50,818 bases of DNA from NCBI GenBank assembly GCA_043821705.1, contig JBDRCN010000031.1, positions 1-50,818 of the forward strand. The letters are read 5' to 3'. The position numbers and the translations under genes were made by a program. This document shows, in pieces, positions 8,432 to 18,227 of the stretch. The number at the start of each line of letters is the position of its first letter. The first letter of the stretch is position 1. The notes below the pieces were generated by a model. It worked only from the letters and a program-made list of their open reading frames with translations. It did not search any database and was not told the DNA's origin. The DNA comes from Candidatus Omnitrophota bacterium. GTDB taxonomy: Bacteria; Omnitrophota; Gorgyraeia; Gorgyraeales; Gorgyraeaceae.

Positions 8432-9359
8432 CCCCAGAAAACCCTTGAGACTTAATATAGGAGACACTATTGGTATAGTAGCTCCTGCATGGTCATTTGA
8501 CCCTGAAAATTTTAAAAGAGGAGTGGCCAAGCTTTGTAAGTTAGGTTTTAAGTTAAAATATAGCCAGAATATCTTTAAAAAACACTGGTCCATGGCTGGC
8601 TATGACCGTGAGCGGGCAGAGGAAATAAACAAGATGTTCGGGGATAAAAAGATCAAGGCTATATTGTGCGCAAAAGCAGGCTATGGCTCAATAAGGACAA
8701 TACCCTACCTGGATAAAAGGATAATAAGAAACAATCCAAAGATATTTATTGGCTATAGTGATATAACAATACTTCTTTCTTATCTCTACAAGACAGCCTA
8801 TATGGTAGTTTTTCACGGACCCGTGGTATCAGGAGAGATCCATGATAATATGAATCCAATGACATTGGAACATTTGTTCCGTGCGATCACTCAGCCCTAT
8901 CCACTTGGCAAGAAAAGATTTTCTGCATTAAAGACCCTGCATTCAGGAAAGGCAAGCGGCATTCTGGTAGGAGGGAATATCTCCCTTCTTCTAAACACTA
9001 TAGGGACAGGCTATGAAATAGACACAAAAAATAAGATCTTGTTCCTGGAAGATATAGGTGAAGACCTGGAGACAATAGATAATTATCTTATGCACCTTAA
9101 ATTAGCTGGGAAATTCAAGAAAGTAAGAGGCATAGTATTCGGCAGGATGCTTGGCTGTAAAGATAGCTCTGGAAATCAATATAGTGTAAAACAAGTATTG
9201 AAAGACATGTTAAAAGATGTAAAGGTCCCGATAATATATGGATTTCCTTCAGGCCATAGGATATCCGGGGATGTGAATGTCACACTTCCATTCGGTGTCT
9301 TAGCTACGCTCAATGCCAATGAACCCAGCCTATCTATTGACGAATCAGCTGTTGTTTGA
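8418..9359 (+). CDS. S66 family peptidase (LD-carboxypeptidase/MccF-like)
   Basis: GDTIGIVAPA, GYSDIT (Ser), LFLED (Glu), GFPSGH (His); start at ATG 8418. Confidence 0.92.
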   Translation: MKPFNPRKPLRLNIGDTIGIVAPAWSFDPENFKRGVAKLCKLGFKLKYSQNIFKKHWSMAGYDRERAEEINKMFGDKKIKAILCAKAGYGSIRTIPYLDKRIIRNNPKIFIGYSDITILLSYLYKTAYMVVFHGPVVSGEIHDNMNPMTLEHLFRAITQPYPLGKKRFSALKTLHSGKASGILVGGNISLLLNTIGTGYEIDTKNKILFLEDIGEDLETIDNYLMHLKLAGKFKKVRGIVFGRMLGCKDSSGNQYSVKQVLKDMLKDVKVPIIYGFPSGHRISGDVNVTLPFGVLATLNANEPSLSIDESAVV

Positions 9360-9429
9360 AGAGATTAGCTCTTTACTTACCTATAATTAAATAATACAAT
9401 GATAAAGATAAGCCACAGGGGTGTAAAAA

Positions 9430-10113
9430 ATGAACAAAGTATTTAAAACGGTTAAGGCATTATCTATTTTACTACTTGTAGTAGGGATCGGGACAGTAGC
9501 AGTAGTGTTTTACTTAAAGTTCTCCAGCGAGAATAAAATATTACATCAGATCATATCCAGGCTAGAGTCTGATTCCAGGATCGCTGAAGTCCTTGTGACA
9601 GGGGTTAATTACAATGAGGCCACAGGAAAGACGATTACTACTATTAAATTCTTGGAATATGATTCTTTAGGGGCCCCTCTGAAACCCAGGTATTTTACTT
9701 TTTCAGGTAATATTATCCAGTTTCAGTCTTTGGTGATACGTTTTGATGATAGGTACATCAGGATGGGCGATAAGCTTAGAGGAAAAAGCATTTATCTATT
9801 CTGGAAAGTATTTATGTTAGACGGGAAAAATACTGAAGAATATGAGATAACCAGTGTGAATAGTATCCCAGAAGGTTATAAATTGAATACTACAGAACAT
9901 GCTTTTGAGAACAATATATGGGAAAAGTTCTGGGATTATGCGTTAAAGGAAAAGGAAAAAGGCAGGCTAGGTATTAAAAATGCCCAGATCGAAGCCCCTG
10001 GCCTGATGTTTGTTCCTGGGATACTCTATTCGATAAAGATAGAGCACGATGGCGGCATGAGAATAGATACTAATAAATTGCCTGAGATCTTAAAAGGCGA
10101 GACAATACTATAA
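9430..10113 (+). CDS. Membrane-anchored hypothetical protein
   Basis: 227-aa ORF with one N-terminal TM helix; no recognised motif. Confidence 0.75.
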   Translation: MNKVFKTVKALSILLLVVGIGTVAVVFYLKFSSENKILHQIISRLESDSRIAEVLVTGVNYNEATGKTITTIKFLEYDSLGAPLKPRYFTFSGNIIQFQSLVIRFDDRYIRMGDKLRGKSIYLFWKVFMLDGKNTEEYEITSVNSIPEGYKLNTTEHAFENNIWEKFWDYALKEKEKGRLGIKNAQIEAPGLMFVPGILYSIKIEHDGGMRIDTNKLPEILKGETIL

Positions 10114-10149
10114 AACTATTTATACTACTTTTGAAATGCGAGGGGCATT

Positions 10150-10731
10150 ATGATAAATAATATTTTTTTAGCATTTATCCCTATCTTTGTAGCAGTCGAC
10201 GCAATAGGCGTCTTGCCGCTATTCATATCTTTTACAGAAGGACTTACTAGAGAAGAAAGAAAAAACATAGTAAAGCAGTCACTCGTAACAGCGCTTATGG
10301 TAGCGTTTTGCTTTATATTCCTTGGAAAATTCATCTTCAAGGTCTTAGGTATAATGGTAGAGGACTTTATGATAGCTGGAGGAGCTATCCTGTTTTGCAT
10401 AGCGATAATCGATATAATAAATCCCAATAAGAAGCGTCGACTTCCCTCTAAAGAATTGGGTTTTGTACCATTAGGTACGCCTTTAATAGTAGGGCCAGCT
10501 GTCCTTACGACATCCTTGATGATAATCCCTAGTTATGGCATCTACGCTACTTTAATATCAATAGTGGCCAATGTTCTTATAGCAGGGCTAGTGTTTTTAT
10601 TCTCTGAGAACCTGATAAAGGTATTTGGCGAAGCAGGCACAAAGGCTTTATCAAAGATAATGAGCCTCTTACTGGCTGCTATAGCAGTTATGATGATCAG
10701 AAAAGGGCTTTTTTTGATACTGGGATTATAG
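10150..10731 (+). CDS. MarC family integral membrane protein
   Basis: FIPIFVAVDAIG, F.IAGG..LF, VPLGTPLIVGPA, K.MSLLLAAIAV. Confidence 0.9.
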   Translation: MINNIFLAFIPIFVAVDAIGVLPLFISFTEGLTREERKNIVKQSLVTALMVAFCFIFLGKFIFKVLGIMVEDFMIAGGAILFCIAIIDIINPNKKRRLPSKELGFVPLGTPLIVGPAVLTTSLMIIPSYGIYATLISIVANVLIAGLVFLFSENLIKVFGEAGTKALSKIMSLLLAAIAVMMIRKGLFLILGL

Positions 10732-10741
10732 AGCTATTCAT

Positions 10742-12016
10742 ATGAAAAATAGAAAAATATATCTTATTATAATACTAGCTGTTATTATTGCTATTATCTC
10801 ATCCATATATTTTTTATTTTTTACTAGTATCGGCTCAAGTTCGCTTGTCAAATATGTAATATCCAGATATCTGGATTCATCCACTGTAGATTTTAAAGAC
10901 GCAGAAGGCAATATTTCAAAGGCTGTGACTATTAATGATATATCCATAACTGATCTTGAAGGTTTTCCTGAAGGTTCGATCTTAGAGATAAAGAGCCTGG
11001 AATTATCCATCCGTTCTTTTGATATAGAGGGCATTTATTTGGATATAAAAAATGCCAGATTGACTGTACCAGGCGAAGACCCTTTGTTTTTTTATGGTAC
11101 TTGTAAGGATAATTCCCTGGATTTCAATCTATATTCCAGCTCCTTGGACATAAAGACCATTATCGAGCTATTAGACCTTAAGACATTGAGTAGCGTATCT
11201 GGTGATCTGAGCGAGTTGGATCTATATATATCTGGCTCATTGCTTGAACCTCGTATAGGAGGAAAATTTAAAATTGACCAGGGTAAATACGATCTTTTTT
11301 CAATAAAGAACGCCCCTGTATCTTTTAATATAAAATTAAGGGATATCCCTACCGATCTGAGCATGTCAGGAGAAATAACTATAATTTCAGGGGATATCTC
11401 TGGGCCAAAGACAGCTAAGGTAGCGCTGGAAAATAGCAAGATATTTTTCAATAAGGACCCGAAAAATCCATCTCTTAGTTTAAAAGGCGCTTCGACAGTA
11501 GGAAATACAAGTATTAAGATAACTCTTAATGGCACTATGAAAAAGCCAGATATTATCCTGTCTTCTGACCCACCACTGCCAAAGGAAAAACTTCTTTTAA
11601 TGTTAGCTACCAATAGAAGCTGGGATGGAGTAGAGGCAGCCCTGCAACAGGGCCAGGTCTCTACTGAGGCAGTAAGGGAGTTTATGAATTATTTCGTGTT
11701 TTCAGGCTCTGGAAGCAGGCTTACTGAGTCACTTGGCTTAAAAGGCGTTTCTTTTAAATTCGATGAAAGCACTAAGGGTATTGGACTTAAAAAAGACTTA
11801 ACTGGAAAAGCAGAGGTCAATTATGCTATAGAGGAATCCTATAAGAAGGATGGAGACCCTTCTTCAACTCAAAAGATAGGCACTGATTATAAGCTCACTG
11901 ATACCCTAAGCGTGGGAGCTGAAAAAGAGATAAAACAGGCCCCAGGAGTGACTAAAGAATAAAAAATAGTAGAGTCAAACGACAAGGTGTTGTTGAAGTA
12001 TAAGAAAAAGTTCTGA
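10742..12016 (+). CDS. TamB/DUF490-like (AsmA-like) protein with in-frame TAA at 11960-11962; frame continues to TGA at 12014-12016
   Basis: N-terminal TM anchor, beta-rich body, NP.L.L..., [17 protein letters not shown]...L; 17 further sense codons after the TAA ending LKYKKKF. Confidence 0.7.
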
Positions 12017-12023
12017 TCATAAT

Positions 12024-12692
12024 ATGCGTATACTGTTAGTTGAAGACGAAGAGAAGATAGCTAGTTTTCTCAAGCGAGGCCTGAAAGAAGAACACTATGC
12101 TGTTGATGTAGCTAGTGACGGAGAAAAGGCCTTATATCTAGCCAATATAAATAAATATGATTTGATAATCCTTGATATCATGCTGCCCTGCAAAGATGGT
12201 ATTTATATATGTAGGGAACTGCGTTCAAAAGAGGAGGATACTCCTATTTTAATGCTTACAGCAAGAGATGGCGTAAGCGACAGGGTAAAAGGCCTGGATG
12301 CAGGAGCTGATGACTACCTTACAAAGCCATTTGCATTTGACGAACTCCTGGCGCGGTTAAGGGCGCTTCTACGTAGAAAAAGGGCAGTAAAAGCCACTGT
12401 TCTCAAGATAGCGGATCTGGAGCTGGATCAGATCACCCATAAGGTAAGGAGAGCTGGTAAAGAAATATCATTAACCAGTAAGGAATATGCCTTACTGGAA
12501 TATCTTATGTTGAATAGAGATCAAGTCGTAACGAGAACCATGATATCGGAACACGTATGGAATGATGACTTTGACTCATTTACCAATGTAATAGATGTCT
12601 ATGTGAATTATCTGCGCAATAAGATAGATAAAGGCTTTAAGAAGCCCCTTCTCCAAACTCTTAGAGGCAGAGGATACATCCTGAAGGGATAG
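12024..12692 (+). CDS. OmpR family response regulator (CusR/MprA-like)
   Basis: [61 protein letters not shown]. Confidence 0.96.
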   Translation: MRILLVEDEEKIASFLKRGLKEEHYAVDVASDGEKALYLANINKYDLIILDIMLPCKDGIYICRELRSKEEDTPILMLTARDGVSDRVKGLDAGADDYLTKPFAFDELLARLRALLRRKRAVKATVLKIADLELDQITHKVRRAGKEISLTSKEYALLEYLMLNRDQVVTRTMISEHVWNDDFDSFTNVIDVYVNYLRNKIDKGFKKPLLQTLRGRGYILKG

Positions 12693-12697
12693 ATCAA

Positions 12698-14176
12698 GTG
12701 AAAACCAATTCGATCAGATTTAAGATATCTGTATTGTATACAGCTTTATTAGGGGTGATCTTGCTTATATTTAGCAGTATCCTTTATTTTAGCCTGCAGT
12801 GGACACTTTACGATGACCTAGACGACGAACTTAGGATAAAGGCAGACGCAATAAGTAATGCTATAACTTCATATATAGAAATTCTTGGGACTGACAGAGA
12901 AACACTCCTATTTACTGTAAAGCGTATAATTTCTAAGGAAGGCGAGTATGCTGGCTACAGCAAGATAATGGATCTGGACCGTCAATGGGCGCAGAAGGCT
13001 GATAAGCTGGATATAGAAAACGATTATGTTGATTTTATAGGCCCGGGCAGAGAGATACTCACAGGGTCAGGCGACCTATCCAAAGAACATTTTTCTATCT
13101 TGTCACGAAGCATAAAAAGCAAAAAGGAAGATGCTGAAAGTTTTGTTAGCATAAAATTCGAAAATCGCAACTTACGCATGATCAATAAACCTTTCGTACA
13201 TGCTGGAGAAAGATATGTAATACAGGTGGCTACTTCTTTGAAACCAGTAAGCGAGATACTTAAGATGCGGCTTATCTTTATCTTATTTAGCATACCACCT
13301 ATTCTTATCTTTGCGAGCTTGATAGGCTATTTTTTAACCACCAAGAGTTTAAAGCCAGTAAAACAAGTGACTTTGGCAGCACAAAGCATTACACATAAAG
13401 ACTTGAGCGCTAGGGTCGAGTCTGAGCAGGCAGATGAAGAGATGAGGTATCTGGTCGATACCTTTAACAGCATGATCGAACGCCTAGAGAAATCATTTAA
13501 GCATATATCTGAATTCACTTCTCATGTTGCCCACGAGCTAAAAACCCCCTTGGCAATATTACGAGGAGAGACAGAGCTTATTTTACGCAAAGATCGTTCT
13601 CCTGAAGAATACAGGCAGGTAATGCAGGGGAACTTGGATGAGATACATCGTATGCTGAAGATCGTCGAGAATCTTCTGCTCTTAAGCAGGATCGAACATC
13701 AACCTGATATGTTTAAGTTTGAGGGCATCGCAGTCAGGCAGTTCTTGACAGATATATACGAAGAGATCCGTATTCTTGCTTCACAAAAAAATATCTCTGT
13801 AAATCTTACTTTGCCAGAACATGATTCTCTTCTTAATGCAGACAGATTAAATCTGAGAAGACTTTTTTTAAATCTAGTGAGTAATGCTATAAAATTTACC
13901 CCAAAAAACGGAACGATAAAGATAGAGGCCAGCTATAAAGGTAAAAAAACCTTGATATCTATCATAGATACAGGCATAGGTATTCCAGAGGAAAATATGG
14001 AGAAGATATTCGATAGATTCTTCTCCTATGGCAATGCCAAGCTGAACCTAGAGCAGAGCACTGGATTAGGGTTAAATCTTGCCCTTGGCATAGCCAAGGC
14101 CCATAGAGGCGATATTACTGTAAAAAGCGAATCAGGAAAAGGCTCTATATTCACCGTAGTTTTGCCCTCTGCATAA
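12698..14176 (+). CDS. HAMP sensor histidine kinase
   Basis: Two TM, HAMP, HELKTPL H-box, NLVSNAIKF, DTGIGI, IFDRF, GLGL; GTG start. Confidence 0.95.
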   Translation: MKTNSIRFKISVLYTALLGVILLIFSSILYFSLQWTLYDDLDDELRIKADAISNAITSYIEILGTDRETLLFTVKRIISKEGEYAGYSKIMDLDRQWAQKADKLDIENDYVDFIGPGREILTGSGDLSKEHFSILSRSIKSKKEDAESFVSIKFENRNLRMINKPFVHAGERYVIQVATSLKPVSEILKMRLIFILFSIPPILIFASLIGYFLTTKSLKPVKQVTLAAQSITHKDLSARVESEQADEEMRYLVDTFNSMIERLEKSFKHISEFTSHVAHELKTPLAILRGETELILRKDRSPEEYRQVMQGNLDEIHRMLKIVENLLLLSRIEHQPDMFKFEGIAVRQFLTDIYEEIRILASQKNISVNLTLPEHDSLLNADRLNLRRLFLNLVSNAIKFTPKNGTIKIEASYKGKKTLISIIDTGIGIPEENMEKIFDRFFSYGNAKLNLEQSTGLGLNLALGIAKAHRGDITVKSESGKGSIFTVVLPSA

Positions 14177-14212
14177 AAATCGTCAGGACCCGCTATCAAT
14201 CAGATTAAAATA

Positions 14213-14258
14213 TTTTAATGTTATTTTAACCTTCTTTTAATGTCTTCTGGCGTATACT
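14213..14258 (+). promoter_or_regulatory. Three 11-bp direct repeats (OmpR/PhoB-type site) upstream of a -10 TATACT
   Basis: TTTTAATGTTA TTTTAACCTTC TTTTAATGTCT (14213-14245); TATACT at 14253-14258; no canonical -35. Confidence 0.65.
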
Positions 14259-14292
14259 TGATCGTAATAAATACTACAAAAGGAAGTGACCT

Positions 14293-14649
14293 ATGAAAAA
14301 GATCCTCATCATAGACGATGAAAAGAAAATAAGGAATATCTATAAAAGATTATTATCTTTGGATGGGTATATTGTCATTGAGGCTCCGGATGCTTCTATA
14401 GGCTATGATATTTTACTAAAAGAAAAGGTCGACCTTGTATTACTAGATATAAATATGCCCGAAGTGGATGGAGACATCGTAACAGAGCTCATAGAGGCGT
14501 TTCATCTCAAGACAAAGATAATAGTTGCCAGTGTAAGGCCGATCAGCGAGCAGAAAGAGATGATCAAGGGCGCTCTTGATTATTATGACAAATCAGAAAG
14601 CCTTGATCTCTTATATAAAAAGATAGAAGCGCATCTGGGAGTGGTATAG
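14293..14649 (+). CDS. Stand-alone receiver domain protein
   Basis: ILIIDDE, LLDINMPEVDG, YYDKS. Confidence 0.9.
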   Translation: MKKILIIDDEKKIRNIYKRLLSLDGYIVIEAPDASIGYDILLKEKVDLVLLDINMPEVDGDIVTELIEAFHLKTKIIVASVRPISEQKEMIKGALDYYDKSESLDLLYKKIEAHLGVV

Positions 14650-15006
14650 GTGAAAAAAATAGTTGTTATTGATGATGAGCCAAAGATAAGAAACTTGTTC
14701 TGCCGGACATTGCACGAAACAGGATACGAGGCCCTTGAGGCAGAGGACGGCAAAGAGGGCTTGAGATTATTAAAAGAGGATAAAAATATAGGCCTTGTCA
14801 TACTGGATATTAGATTGCCAAAGATAAACGGCCTCGCAATATTCGATGCTATCAAGACATATTCGCCTCAGGTAAAGGTCATAATATCAAGCGTCTACTC
14901 TCACGATGAACAGGAATTCCTTATAGGGGGTGCTGACGATTATTATTATAAATCAGACAGTATTTTGGACCTCATAGATAAAGTGTATAACTGCATAAAT
15001 GAATAG
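14650..15006 (+). CDS. Stand-alone receiver domain protein
   Basis: IVVIDDE, ILDIRLPKING, GADDYYYKS; GTG start abutting the upstream stop. Confidence 0.9.
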   Translation: MKKIVVIDDEPKIRNLFCRTLHETGYEALEAEDGKEGLRLLKEDKNIGLVILDIRLPKINGLAIFDAIKTYSPQVKVIISSVYSHDEQEFLIGGADDYYYKSDSILDLIDKVYNCINE

Positions 15007-15976
15007 AATAGAAAAAAATACAATGTCAAAAAGCCTGGCAGGATTAATATCTCTGGAAAAAGAAGATATGATCTCTGTCTGGGTAAAGGATATCAAGCTC
15101 TTGGGAGGAAGTTACTCGCAGGTTAGGAATTCCGAGCTTAGAGAGTTATGCAGGGAGTTTTTAGATTCTCTCTCGGAGCTATTGCTCCACAATGATTTCT
15201 TGAAACTACGTATCTTCATAGAAAAGATAAGCCGTATCCGCTCAGAGCAGGGTTTCAGGTTGTCAGAGGTCCAACGCGCATACTATGGCTTTTACAATGT
15301 CATAACGCCGCGCGTGACACAATGGGACGCGGACGGAAAGATAGATAGAGTTATTCTGGATAAACTGCACGAGATCTTGATCAATACCTTGTTTGAGCTC
15401 TCTGAATCTTATCACAGAAGGCTAAATGAGAAGACGGATAAATATATCTCCCAGATGGAAAAGTTGAATAGCTCTCTGAAGGAGAACTCTATAACTGATG
15501 AATTAACCAGTTGTTACAATTACAGATATTTTCAGCACATGATCGCAATTGAGCTGGAAAGAGCTTTGCGTTATGATCGTCCGCTGTCTCTCGTGATGTT
15601 TGACATAGATCATTTCAAAAATATCAATGATGAGTTTGGCCATCTTATCGGGGATGAAGTCTTGAATTTGATCGGAAAGGCACTGCTTAAAAACCTAAGG
15701 CCCAGCGACCTGGCCTTTCGCTACGGCGGGGAAGAATTTGCTGTAATGCTTCCGGAAACAGAAGAGAGAAGAGCTTTTATCTGCGCAGAGCGTATAAGAA
15801 AAGAGGTCTCCAACATAAATTTCCTTATAAAAGGAAAAGAACTTTCTATAACGATAAGCGGGGGCATAGCTGGTTTTTCTAAAAATACCCCTGATAAGTC
15901 TTTTTTAATAAACAGCGCGGATAAGGCATTGTACAACGCAAAGAGGGAAGGCAGAAACAGGATCCTATTTTATTGA
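14999..15976 (+). CDS. Diguanylate cyclase with RsbRD-N/globin-like N-terminal domain
   Basis: DIDHFKNIND.FGH..GDEVL, RPSD I-site, RYGGEEF; helical N-terminus with R..QGF.LSEV. Confidence 0.92.
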   Translation: MNRIEKNTMSKSLAGLISLEKEDMISVWVKDIKLLGGSYSQVRNSELRELCREFLDSLSELLLHNDFLKLRIFIEKISRIRSEQGFRLSEVQRAYYGFYNVITPRVTQWDADGKIDRVILDKLHEILINTLFELSESYHRRLNEKTDKYISQMEKLNSSLKENSITDELTSCYNYRYFQHMIAIELERALRYDRPLSLVMFDIDHFKNINDEFGHLIGDEVLNLIGKALLKNLRPSDLAFRYGGEEFAVMLPETEERRAFICAERIRKEVSNINFLIKGKELSITISGGIAGFSKNTPDKSFLINSADKALYNAKREGRNRILFY

Positions 15977-15995
15977 TACCCATAAGGAGCGCACC

Positions 15996-16358
15996 ATGAA
16001 AAGGATACTTTTAGTAGATGATGAGAAAAAGATAAGAAAGATCTACAATAAGTTGCTTACGCAGGAAGGTTACAATGTAATTGAAGCAGTAAATGCTATG
16101 CAGGCCAGCGAGATATTGGTCAGGGAAAAGGTGGATCTGGTCTTACTTGATATAAATATGCCTGAAATTGACGGGGGTATTCTGTATGATATCATGGAGC
16201 TATTCCATAAAGACGTTAAAGTGGTAGTTTCAAGCGTGTATTTGCTTGATGAGCAGAGAGAGAGAATAAAAGGAGCTTATGATTATCATGATAAATCTCA
16301 AGGGAACGAGATACTGCTGGATAAGATAAGGACGGCGATTGAAAACAGCACTACTTGA
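15996..16358 (+). CDS. Stand-alone receiver domain protein (paralog of 14293-14649)
   Basis: ILLVDDEKKIR.IY, EKVDLVLLDINMPE.DG shared with the first receiver. Confidence 0.9.
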   Translation: MKRILLVDDEKKIRKIYNKLLTQEGYNVIEAVNAMQASEILVREKVDLVLLDINMPEIDGGILYDIMELFHKDVKVVVSSVYLLDEQRERIKGAYDYHDKSQGNEILLDKIRTAIENSTT

Positions 16359-16377
16359 CCTAAATGGTAGGAGGATT

Positions 16378-16818
16378 ATGTTAAAGAAGAAAATTATTTT
16401 ATGCGTATTGATCCCGGTTTTTTTATCAGGATGTGCTACTGGAAGAGGTAGCGTAAAACAGCAGGAGGTAGGTGTTCTTCAGGCTAAAGTAATGAAACTT
16501 GAACAGGAGATCTACAGGAAAGATATGATTATTAAAGACCTGGAAGATGACCTTGATAAAAAGATAAGTATCGTTAATAGTGAAGTTAGCAAGGTCTCTA
16601 AGAAAAGTGCCTACCATGGTACATCTACCCATAAGAAGACATTGGAGAATATACAACGCGCTCTTAAAAAAGCAGGATATTATAAGGGCCCTATAGATTC
16701 CAAGATAGGCCCGAACACTAAAAGCGCTATCGTGGCATTCCAAAAGGCAAATAGCCTTACGCCTGATGGAGTGGTAGGAAAAAAGACATGGTCTAAACTA
16801 AGTAAGTTTTTAGATTAA
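16378..16818 (+). CDS. Lipoprotein with coiled coil and PG_binding_1 domain
   Basis: GGAGG RBS, lipobox FLSGC, IQRALKKAGYY.GPID.KIG..T..AI..FQ....L.PDGVVG..TW. Confidence 0.9.
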   Translation: MLKKKIILCVLIPVFLSGCATGRGSVKQQEVGVLQAKVMKLEQEIYRKDMIIKDLEDDLDKKISIVNSEVSKVSKKSAYHGTSTHKKTLENIQRALKKAGYYKGPIDSKIGPNTKSAIVAFQKANSLTPDGVVGKKTWSKLSKFLD

Positions 16819-16833
16819 AAGAAAGGGATAAAG

Positions 16834-18027
16834 ATGCGAAAAAAAACTTTATGTAATTATCTTTTAACTTGCACATTGACCTTTTTATTTCTTTTTTTAG
16901 GTCTGACTGAATCCTTTGCTTCTGATAAGGAAATCAGAAAGATAAGGCAACTTGAGGACATGCAGAAGGACTTTAAATGGTGGCCTACGGATGCAAGGCC
17001 TGGACCTGTTAAAGATGAGGGTAAGGGCGGCTATTGGTGGTGGCCAGTTGAACCTGGAAAGGCAACACCATGGGGCAATAGAGGCTATATTTATGTGTAT
17101 AAAATAATCTTTGATTATAAAGAGGAAGAGCTCCCTCCTCCGAAACCAAAAGAGCTAAGACCTTCGCTATTAATAAAAAAGGTCATAAAGAATGTAAAAG
17201 TATACTTTGATTACGATAAAGCAGCCCTAAGGGACGATGCTTCAAAGATATTGGAAGGTGCTGTAGGCACATTAAAGAGGAATCCAGAGACGAGTATCCT
17301 TATAACAGGAAGTTGTGATGTGCGTGGAAGCAAGGAATACAATGAGAAGCTAGGTAGAAAAAGAGGGGAATCTGTAAAACAATTTATGCTGGATAAGGGT
17401 GTAAGTGAGGATCGCATAAAAATAGTAAGCCGTGGAAAATTAGACGCAGTAGCGCCTGTAACAGACCTGACTGGCATGCAGAAGGAAAGGAATGCGCAGT
17501 TCATGGTAGCGGAAGTGGAAGAGGTCATGATCCCATATGAGGGCGCAGAAAAATTAAGAGATGAGCTTGATATCGAGATGATCGATGAAGGAAAATACCT
17601 TGTTGAGGAAGAAAAGACCATAGAGTCAGAGCTAAGAGTATCTACAAAACCTTACACCATACAGGAAGGGGATACCCTTGCCAAGATAGCTAAGGAATAT
17701 CTTGGAGGAAGCCACAGGGCTAAATTTTTATATGAATTCAATAAGGATAAGATAAAAGACCCTGATAATCTTACCAAGGGAACAGCTATACTGATACCCA
17801 TAGAACAGGAATCCCAGGCAGTCAAGGAGAGTACTCAGACCAAAACTGTCTCTCAAGTCTCGACCAGGGAGTATATTGTCATTAAGAATGATACCCTTTC
17901 TAAGATCGCTAGAAAAGAGCTCGGGAATGGCCTTAGGTGGAAAGAAATCTCTGAATTGAATAAGGACAGGTTAAAAAACCCTGATAGGCTTATCCCTGGG
18001 ATGAGACTAAGATTGCCAGCTAAATAA
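16834..18027 (+). CDS. Exported OmpA-like peptidoglycan-binding protein with two LysM domains
   Basis: Signal peptide, VYFDYDK..L, G.CD.RGS.EYN..LG..R, YTIQEGDTL.KIA, YIV.KNDTLSKIA. Confidence 0.9.
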   Translation: MRKKTLCNYLLTCTLTFLFLFLGLTESFASDKEIRKIRQLEDMQKDFKWWPTDARPGPVKDEGKGGYWWWPVEPGKATPWGNRGYIYVYKIIFDYKEEELPPPKPKELRPSLLIKKVIKNVKVYFDYDKAALRDDASKILEGAVGTLKRNPETSILITGSCDVRGSKEYNEKLGRKRGESVKQFMLDKGVSEDRIKIVSRGKLDAVAPVTDLTGMQKERNAQFMVAEVEEVMIPYEGAEKLRDELDIEMIDEGKYLVEEEKTIESELRVSTKPYTIQEGDTLAKIAKEYLGGSHRAKFLYEFNKDKIKDPDNLTKGTAILIPIEQESQAVKESTQTKTVSQVSTREYIVIKNDTLSKIARKELGNGLRWKEISELNKDRLKNPDRLIPGMRLRLPAK

Positions 18028-18062
18028 AAGGATATTCGCAATTAAAAAGTAACAGATTTCTG

Positions 18063-18091
18063 TTGACAACATATATGCGCAAGCATAGAAT
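18063..18091 (+). promoter_or_regulatory. Sigma70 promoter for the GH130 genes
   Basis: TTGACA-17 bp-TAGAAT. Confidence 0.7.
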
Positions 18092-18227
18092 ATCCTAACA
18101 CGTATATATAGCATCTATGTTATAAAAGTCTATATATGATTTAGAGTGGTGGAAAGGCAATGGCCTTGGCTGCTCTTTTTTATTATATTTAAGGGCTAAA
18201 TATCCTAATTTGCCCAGGAGAATCACC

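Noticed and set aside
11960-11962. Stop-codon reassignment or programmed readthrough
   Set aside because: TAA, TAG and TGA all end well-defined genes elsewhere in the window; a point mutation or error is simpler.
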